This document shows positions 55,593 through 64,000 of a DNA stretch of 64,000 nucleotides, in pieces. The notes beneath the pieces were generated by a model. It was not told the DNA's origin. It worked only from the letters and a program-made list of their open reading frames with translations, and made no database searches. Origin of the DNA: Eledone cirrhosa (Eukaryota); assembly GCA_964016885.1 (NCBI GenBank), contig OZ024747.1, forward strand, positions 88,598,001 to 88,662,000. The letters are read 5' to 3'. Position 1 is the first letter of the stretch. The number at the start of each line of letters is the position of its first letter. The translations under genes and the position numbers were made by a program.

Positions 55593-56087
55593 AAGTGAGC
55601 GAGGGAGAAAAGGGTAGATGAGAGTAAGAAAAGAAGGAAAACGGGGGAAATATTTTTCAGGAGGAAAACATATCTGAAGATAGTCAGCCATAATCAATTA
55701 TTTCCGTCTTAACCGAAGCAGGTGATGGGTACTGTATACATGTGAAAATATCCTTCTACTATCTTCTATATTGAAAATTCAATGCACTCATAAGATTTTC
55801 CTTTCTCATATTCCCGTGTTTTATTTATAATAACCACACAAAGACAAAAATGTGCTGACGTTATAATTTTTGTTTTCTTCGTGAAGTGAAAAAAATCTGA
55901 AGAGTATCAAACGTATTAAGTATGTAAGACGTAATTCTATTGTATAGATATGAATTGCTTTTAGTAGTGTATTATTTTCATCCTTTCAATAAATAATAGA
56001 GTAGAGTTACAAATGGTTCGAATACAAGTGTTTATCAGGATAGAACGAAGAAGATAGTGTTGATGAGGAGGAATAATGATGAATGTG

Positions 56088-56154
<67 letters not shown>

Positions 56155-56158
56155 TAAT

Positions 56159-57983
56159 ATTTTTCAGGGTGACTCTTTATCACCGCTTTTATTCTGCATC
56201 GCACTTATACCATTAAGTAAAATGCTCAATGAAACAAAACATGGATATAAAGTCTATGACAAAACCATTAATCACCTGTTCTACATGGATGACCTGAAAC
56301 TATTTGCAAAAAATGATGAACAATTGCACGGGCTATTATTATCCACTGTGGAGCAGTTCAGTGATGACATTAAAATGGAGTTTGGACTAGATAAATGCGC
56401 CAAAGCAACGTTCACCAGAGGAAAGCTGCTGAAGAGTTCAGACATTAATCTTGATCGGGGGAACGTGATAAGAGAACTTGATCAAGAAAAAACTTACAAA
56501 TATCTAGGTGTTTGTGAAGGAGACGGAATCAAGCACTCGACAATGAGGGAAAGGATAAGGAAGGAATGTTACCGCAGAGTAAGAGCAATCTTAAGAACGG
56601 AATTGAATGCAAGGAATAGGATCGATGCCATAAACACGCTTGCCATACCAGTTACAATGTCATCAACTGTTACAATGTCATCAACTGGTCAAGCACAGAG
56701 ATCCGTAGGCTCGATACAAAAATTCGAAAATTCTTAACCATGCACAGAATGCATCACCCTAAGGCAGATATAGATAGAATATATCTCCCTAGGAAAGAAG
56801 GAGGACGTGGGTTAATCCAGTTAGACATTGCGTTAAAAACTGCAACAATTGGATTATCTACATATCTAAGGGAATCACATGAGTGGATGATCAAACTCGT
56901 TTTGAAACACGAAAGCATCAAAAGATCATATTCCATTACAAAAGATGCACAAAGATACAGTAATGGACTACAAATTTCAGAAGTCCCATTTACTGCTGAA
57001 ATGGAAAACACAGAAAAAGCAAAGCAGGTAAAAGTAACTGCAAAGAAAGAACTGCTACAGAAACTGGCTAAGAAATGGCAAGAAAAGCCTCTGTATGGAA
57101 AATACCCAGAGCGAGCTAACAATCCTAATGTTGACAAAACTTTAACCCATCAGTGGTTGGCATCCTCTGGACTGAAATCGGAGACTGAAAGACTGATTAT
57201 ATCAGCACAAGATCAGTGTCTGCCAACAAAAAAATTACCAAGCCAACATAATAAAAAATGGATGCAGCCCATTATGCCGTGTATGCAAAAAACAACCAGA
57301 GACCATTGACCATATAATTTCAATGTGCAGTCCTATAGCTCCAACCGAATACCTAAACAGGCATGACAGAGCTGCACAATACATACATTGGATAATGTGT
57401 AAGCATTTTGACCTGCCCCATCAAAAGAATTGGTGGGAGCATCAACCACCTCCCATACTTGAAAAAGATCACATCTCAATCTTGTGGAACTTTAGCATCC
57501 AAACAGACCGAAAAATAGATGCAAATAGACCTGATATAATATTGAAGGACTTTAAAAAGAGGGTATGCCTGCTAATTGATATGTCTGTTCCAATAGACAA
57601 GAATGTATCTATAAAAACATTTGAAAAATTGAGCAAGTATAAGGACCTGGAGATAGAAATTGGAAAAATGTGGAAATTGAGAACTAAAACAATACCAGTG
57701 GTTGTAGGCGCTCTGGGAATGATACCTAAGGGGTCTAATGATTACTTATCGCAGATCCCAGGAAACCCGCGTATAGGAGAAATACAAAAGATAGTACTAA
57801 TGGGAACTGCCCATATACTGAGGAAGATTCTGTCAATATAAGTACATCACAAGTCTAAACACTAAAGATGCATGTGTGAGTATGTATGTTCTTTCTAAAC
57901 ATGGCGGACCTTGTTGTCTCTTGAAGTCACTGGTTGTGACTTGGTGATAACTCGTATGAACATAAAGCAAGATAAATGCAGCT
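56159..57983 (+). mobile_element. 5'-truncated R4/Dong-clade non-LTR retrotransposon (RT + CCHC + restriction-like endonuclease), frameshifted
   Basis: IFQGDSLSPLLF, HLFYMDDLKL, RIYLPRKEGGRGL, EYLNRHD, NRPDIIL..LIDMSVP..KLSKYKDL across ORFs 56057-56737, 56740-57309 and 57323-57841; flanked by (AAT)n on both sides; short tandem duplication at about 56651-56688. Confidence 0.9.
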
Positions 57984-58000
57984 ATAATAATAATAATAAT

Positions 58001-60885
58001 GTTTTCTTTATTAACCAAAAGGGTTTACATAAAGTAGACATTAAGGACAGTACAGGACAATACAGGACGGTACAAATGGGCATTTCTGCGTGTAAAAAAA
58101 CAGAGGATGTAATAAAATAACAAAGAAAAATTCCCCAATAGGGGGAGACTTCCGAGGGATATTTGTGGAGAAAGCCCATTAAAAGACCACAGTGACCCTG
58201 ACCACCAGGGCAAGTGCCCTCTCCCAGTTTTCCACCTTTAATTTACAGACACATACTCAGAGTAGGCCCATTCACTCGGGCCATACTTGCTTCTCTCACC
58301 CATCTTTCAACAAAATGCTGGGAAGAGAGCACTTCCTTCTCTACCCTGATTTTCCTTTTCAAATGAAATTTGAAAAAGTTAATCAGGGCATCACTGAAGA
58401 GGTAAGTGTTCGTTTTCAGCCCTTTCAAACGTGTCCACCATACTATCTCTTTCGCCATGGCCACCAGACAGATAAAAACTGCCTGCCCTTCCCGGCTAAA
58501 GGAAGAGGGCGGGGCAATCCTCAATATGGACTCAGCTGATAGCTGGATCCGTCCTACACGTGACAGCAGGTGTTCGACATAAACCCACAAGTCAGCAATG
58601 CTCGGACACTGGACGAGTGCGAGAAGGACGGTTTCGTCGCCCTGCGCGCATCTCGGACATGCCCGGCTGACGGCACCTCCATGCCTGTAGAGTTTATCCC
58701 GAACTGGCAAATCTCCCCGGTAGCACTGCCAGGCCAGGGATTTCTGGAAGTTGTCCATAGGCCCCGGCCCGAAAGTCCTTCCGAAGAGATTGGCTAGTTG
58801 ATTTTCATCGACGCCTAGAGTTTCTCAAAGTACGTCGTCGCTCTTCCCCTCCACTAATCCTCTATAGAACGCCAAGGTGGAGTTTCCACCGATCACATTG
58901 CCCGATTGGTCGAGGGCTGTGAGCGCCTGAAGACATTCCAGTCTCCAAGCGCTCCCTCTCGGTCTTCGCTTGACCCAGGACTGCAGCTCCGTCAAGGAGA
59001 CGAGCTGGGGAAAGACGTGTCTAGCAAACGGCGACCACACCTGATCACCGTCGAGGAAGAGGTGGAGATGTCGTAGCCTGAGCGCGTGTCTGCGCATCAT
59101 CAGCCACGGCATGTCCAGCCCTCCACGTAGCGGGTGTTGACAGCAGATGGACCGCCTGACCATCGGAGCGCGTCCCTTCCACAAAAAGCGAAAGAGCAAA
59201 CGCTCCAGCGCAGTCAGGCGGGGCTTAGGACAAGGTACGACGGTCAGGCGGTAGTAGATGACGGACGCGATGTACGCGTTAGCCACCTCCGCTCGACCTT
59301 TCAGGGATAGCTTCCTCTCCGCCCATTTCTGGGTGAGAGAAGCCACCCTGCTCGTCACCTCGTCCCCGTTTTTGTCCGTCTGGAGGTCCGGACCGAACCA
59401 GACCCCTAGCAATTTAACCGGTCCGTCCGTCCAGCGCCCGACGACGCTGTTGGACGGCATGGACCTGCCTCTCCAGGTGCCGAGCTGCAGGCCCACTGAC
59501 TTTTTCTGGTTGATCATTGCTCCTGTCACCGCTTCGTATTCTCTTAGTGTAGTGCCGATCGCCTCGATGTGTTTGACGTTCGACACCACTACGGTGACAT
59601 CGTCCGCATATTCTGACACGGATCTTCCGCATCCTAGTTCGCGCGGGACCCCCCTCAACGTCTCCAGTTTGTGCAGTAATGGCTCGTGAGTCAATACGTA
59701 CAAGAGGGACGAGAGAGGACATCCTTGGCGGACCGAGCGCATGATGTTGAACGGTTCCGAAAGGTGACCGTTCACTCTCACCACAGAGCAGATGTCGCTG
59801 TGCATGGCAGCGATCCAGCCTCTGAAGACGGGCCCAAAGCCAGCCGCCCTCAGGACTGCCGCTAGGTAACGATGGTCGACCCTATCGAAAGCTTTCGACT
59901 GATCTAAATTTATCAAAGACCCACCCGTGCCAGGTTCCCTAGCTACCCTCTCTGCGATGTATCGCATGAGGTGGAGGTTGTCGTGGATGGATCTGTCGGG
60001 AATGGCGCATGTCTGCGCCTCTCCCACCAGACCACCAACGACAAGCGCCAACCTCTTTGCTAGCACCTTGGCCAAAATCTTGAACTCTGTGTTTAGCAGA
60101 GTTATGGGCCTAAAAGTATCTATGTTATCCCCTTGTTTGGATCCTTTCTCAGCAGCGCCACCGCTCCTCGGCTCACAGAGCTGTGAATTCTCCCGTTCTG
60201 TTGCCAGTTGCAGTAGACGTCCGTCAAGAGGCCTCCGAACAAGTCTGGCATTTGTACGTAAAGTTCATAGGGCAGACCATCCAAACCAGGCGATTTACCC
60301 CTTGTGCAGCCAGTCATTGCCTCCCGTACTTCAGCGGCTGTTATCGGCTCTTCGCAACACTCCGCCTCAGTGGCCGAGAGCCGCGGCAGTCCGTCGAGGT
60401 AGACACTAAAGTCCATCCCTCGATCCGGCCCGCCGCTTCCCCCGAACATTTGAGCGAAGTGTCGCTGAAATGCTTCACACATTTGCCCGGGATCGAGTAG
60501 CATGCGCCCGTCGTGGTCCACCAAAGACCGGATCGTAGCTTTGTTGCCTCGACGCGCCTCCGCCACTCGGGCCCATTGAACGGCTTTCGTCCCCTTGTGT
60601 CTGAGAGCACGCACCCTAGCTCTGACAACGCAGAATTGGTCAAGGGCCAATTTCGCCGCAAGTACGTCGGTCGCGATGCCTTTGCAAAGCGCCTCGTCTA
60701 ATTTTCTAACTAATTCTCCCTTTGCTCTATTTTTCTCTATTGCTAAAGCCTTACTAAACCTAATGGACTCTATTCTAATTGTTCTTTTCAGAGCAAACCA
60801 CCACTTGTTGTTGACGATGGCCCCCGTCAACGCCCGCTTAACTAGTTCGCTAATCCGGTCTCTGTAGGCTTTGCGCGCTGGTAAT
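58001..60885 (-). mobile_element. 5'-truncated Tx1/L1-clade LINE ORF2 (RT and C-terminal Cys region), frameshifted
   Basis: KSPGLDGLPYELY, LDQSKAFDRVDH, VRQGCPLS, YADDV, CPRC in ORFs 60120-60908, 58825-60075 and 58243-58758; GC-rich relative to the host DNA. Confidence 0.9.
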
Positions 60886-60914
60886 ACCCATAAAAATAAG
60901 ACTACCAACTAAAT

Positions 60915-61135
60915 AATTGGTTTCTGATTTAGTCACAAGGCCACCAATTTGGGAGGAGGGGAAAGTCGATTGAATCTACCCCAGTGTATTACTGGTGCTT
61001 TATTTTATCGACCCCGTAAGGACGAAAGGCAAAGTTAACCTCGGCGGGATTTGAACTCAGAACATAAAGGGAAATAAACTCTATGCTGCAAAACAGGTTG
61101 CCCGACGCTCTCCCGATAATACCAATCCACCACAC
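60915..61135 (-). mobile_element. Group A SINE (older copies at about 38710-38820, 39928-40072, 45487-45595, 50640-50820, 61155-61270)
   Basis: Reverse complement of the consensus. Confidence 0.82.
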
Positions 61136-61703
61136 TCTAAGGTAATAATAATAATTTTTTTAGGCACAATGCTAGCAATTTGAAGAGTAAGGATAAATCG
61201 ATTATATTGACCCCAATACATTATTTCATTGACCTCGGATAATTGAAAACTAACTTGGACACCGCAGAATTTATCAATTTTTGCTTAACTATATTGTTGA
61301 CCCGGTCCCTGTAAGCATTATGTGCCGGAAGCATCATGTTCAGCTTCCAGTAACCAGGTCCTAACCTACGTGTCTTATCTAGGTCGACCGCACAGATCAC
61401 ACCCGTGTGATATGTATAGGTGACAGTTTAAAAGTGTGGACAACCAATACTATTCTTTATCTAGATTAAAATAGCACTATATTTTTATTTTTGGTTGAAG
61501 GGCTTTAGGATAATAGCTAATATGACATTATATTCCTATTTGTTGCTCGACACTTTGTATTTCTCAGACACAAATCCTGATAACTCTTTATGGCTTTATA
61601 CAAATATAATATCTATAATGTAAAAATATATCTATATTGTAAAGTTTCATCTTTTGCCATGTATTTATTTTCATTGATAAATTGGATATTTTTATATAAC
61701 AGA

Positions 61704-61721
61704 TCATTTATTCTTTTTCAG
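61704..61721 (+). promoter_or_regulatory. Splice acceptor of the GPCR coding exon
   Basis: tcatttattctttttcAG ending 16 nt before the ATG; implies an upstream exon that was not located. Confidence 0.7.
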
Positions 61722-61736
61722 TTTAATCCAGAAAGT

Positions 61737-62861
61737 ATGGAAGACATCCCATTCGATATATCTTTCTACGAATACGCTTTTGGTAACAAGACTGACTTTT
61801 CGAACATCACTTTTCCAAATATTGGTTTGCCCAGAAATGGTTCCATGAGGATTGATCGGTTGATAGCTATCATACTTTGTGTTATTGCCATCATTGCTAA
61901 TGCCGTTTCTTTGTTTGCAATAATGCAGTTCAAAGGTACATTCACGGCCAATAAACAATTGGTCACCAGTCTCCTAATGTCCGACCTATTTATCAGTCTC
62001 TGCTTTTTGACTGCCTCTCTCACTAATAACAATAACTTCATGTTTCCAGTAGAGGGTGAAGATGAAGGTAAATCTATTTGTATCTATGCCGTTGTTGAGG
62101 CATTAATGATCAGCGGTCAGTTGACCAATTTATTGAACTTAGCTGCAATGGCTCTTGATCATTACATTGCTATTAATATTCCTCTGAAGCATTCTTACTT
62201 AATGGACAAACGTCATGTTGAAATATTAATTGCTGGGGTGTGGGTGCTTGGTGCATTGTGTGGTTTCTCTGATTTTCTATTACCCTTCACGCCTTTGTAC
62301 AAGAACTGCAGGAATCAGAAATTTTTGAACTATTGTGATACGATTAAGTGTACTATGTTTGAACCAAATTTTCTTTTATTTGCTGTTGTTATTCTGTGTC
62401 TATTTGAAATGGTTTTCCTTTATAGTCAAGTTTTCATAACTATTTATAAGTATCCTCAACTGCAAACACGCCATGCACCAAATATACGCCGTAACAACAA
62501 AGGTCTCGTTACCACAATCATTATACTTATATCATATATAATATGTTGGTTACCGTATTGTTTAATGGAGTTGACTATGACTATTGTCAGTGCTACTAAC
62601 CTACCAAATATGATAAGTTACTATCAGATATCACAGAAAGCTCAGTATTACTTATATAATCTGATCGCACTCAACTCTATATTTGACCCGCTCATTTACG
62701 CGATACGTATGCCTGATATACAAAATAGCTATCGTCGCTTGTTACGTATGTGTAAATGCAAAACGCGAAAACCTGGCATGCATCATATTTCTATGATGGA
62801 CAGGAAATCGACGACATCAGGTACTGTAATCGTAGACAATGCCACAGAAACGGGTGTTTGA
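61737..62861 (+). CDS. Class A (rhodopsin-like) GPCR, 374 aa, melanocortin/MECA-like orphan; single coding exon
   Basis: Seven hydrophobic segments with class A motifs: IAN (TM1), LLMSD (TM2), ALDHY (DRY position), VW (TM4), ICWLP (TM6), NSIFDPLIY (TM7). N-glycosylation sequons NKT/NIT/NGS in the N-terminus. Polypyrimidine acceptor ending AG at 61720-61721, then ATG in strong context (agtATGG). The extra 49 codons in the ORF track are probably intron. Confidence 0.93.
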   Translation: MEDIPFDISFYEYAFGNKTDFSNITFPNIGLPRNGSMRIDRLIAIILCVIAIIANAVSLFAIMQFKGTFTANKQLVTSLLMSDLFISLCFLTASLTNNNNFMFPVEGEDEGKSICIYAVVEALMISGQLTNLLNLAAMALDHYIAINIPLKHSYLMDKRHVEILIAGVWVLGALCGFSDFLLPFTPLYKNCRNQKFLNYCDTIKCTMFEPNFLLFAVVILCLFEMVFLYSQVFITIYKYPQLQTRHAPNIRRNNKGLVTTIIILISYIICWLPYCLMELTMTIVSATNLPNMISYYQISQKAQYYLYNLIALNSIFDPLIYAIRMPDIQNSYRRLLRMCKCKTRKPGMHHISMMDRKSTTSGTVIVDNATETGV

Positions 62862-64000
62862 TGTATATTATTTTGATTTCCAGACTTCATAGTCTGATTT
62901 AATATAATTTGAATCCAAACCGTGGGAATTTGTTTTCTGACAGTAAAAATTATATCTTGAGTATGTATGATATGTAATCTATATCCGTGCATTTGTACAG
63001 CACTTAAAGACAAGAAAAAGTAGCTACGGAAATTAACAAACCAGAATACAATTTCATCAATCTGGGCGGGTGTTAATAAGATTAAATTATCAAAAGAAAA
63101 CGAATGAAATTGGATGAAAATTACTTCAATTAAAATAATTAAAATGTATTTTACTAACATAGAATATGGAGCCCAATGGCAGAAATGTCTTGATTGAACA
63201 AAGGAAATTTTGTATTTGATACAAATAATTCCTGTATTTCTATAATGAATTCTGGGCCGGTGTAAACTTGTACAGTAATGATTGTCTAGGAAATACCTCG
63301 CGGCTTGCAGCAGTTTTCAATGTTTGCAAATTCCCCGATAGAGTGAGATGTTGCTGAGAAAATTAGGCGGCAATAACATGAATTCGAGAAGATACTGGAA
63401 ATCTTCCATATGGAAGATAGCCATAAAGTTTTTCGAACAATTTAATTAAATATTTGCACTGTAATTTAAGACAATACTTTCTATATTTGATACTGGATTT
63501 CTGTTTCAGTCGAGGATACTTATATTTGAAACAACCTGCAACTGAACCGAAGATCATAGCCAAGCTCGAATTTGCATTAAATTATAAGTGCGTATGATAT
63601 GTATATAAATGTTATGTAAATAGATTTATACAAAGAGTAGTTCCTACAATTTATATAACGAACTGAATTCAAAATCAGTTCTATATCCACTGGGTCAAGT
63701 GACCGAAATATGTTTTCTACAAATTTTGTGGTTCATGCTGTTGATATAATTGCTGTTACATGTTAAACTTGATATTGTTGTTGTTGTCGTTGCTATTTAT
63801 TCGAAATGCTCATCATCTAATTGTGACTATTGAATTTGCATCTTCATCATTTTTATTCGAACGATGGTGCAAAACAAATTCAATTTTTTTTCCGTTGTGG
63901 TATTTTTGTAATTACACAATACAAATGGGTGATATAATCGGAAAAGTAAAACAAACCACAACACATATATTCGAAGAAAAAAACACATTTAAAAAAACAA

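Noticed and set aside
59258-60867. Plus-strand ORFs overlapping the Tx1-type LINE
   Set aside because: Antisense shadows of a GC-rich coding strand
61590-61736. Longer N-terminus of the GPCR ORF
   Set aside because: AT-rich, intron-like sequence containing a good splice acceptor; the ATG at 61737 has better context. An upstream coding exon cannot be excluded.

Overview
AT-rich, microsatellite-saturated animal genomic DNA; the SINE families and repeat density resemble an octopus/coleoid genome (inference). There is one convincing host gene, a single-coding-exon class A GPCR at 61737-62861 (+) behind a splice acceptor. The rest is mobile DNA. It includes two abundant tRNA-derived SINE groups, a 5'-truncated R4/Dong-type LINE in (AAT)n, Tx1/L1-clade LINE fragments, CRE-type LINE 3' ends, a 4-copy array of an RTE-derived non-autonomous element in (CATA)n, a TIR MITE family and decayed Penelope-like elements (PLEs). 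The most notable signal is non-coding. About a dozen type I hammerhead-ribozyme motifs (CUGANGA...GAAAC...GUH) from several unrelated families sit in short, microsatellite-flanked, often fold-back elements. One is a tandem pair with a 538-nt period (retrozyme-like), and in one family the fold-back stops at the predicted cleavage site. Most ORFs in the track are microsatellite artefacts. All structures were read by eye; repeat boundaries are approximate and nothing was computed or searched.
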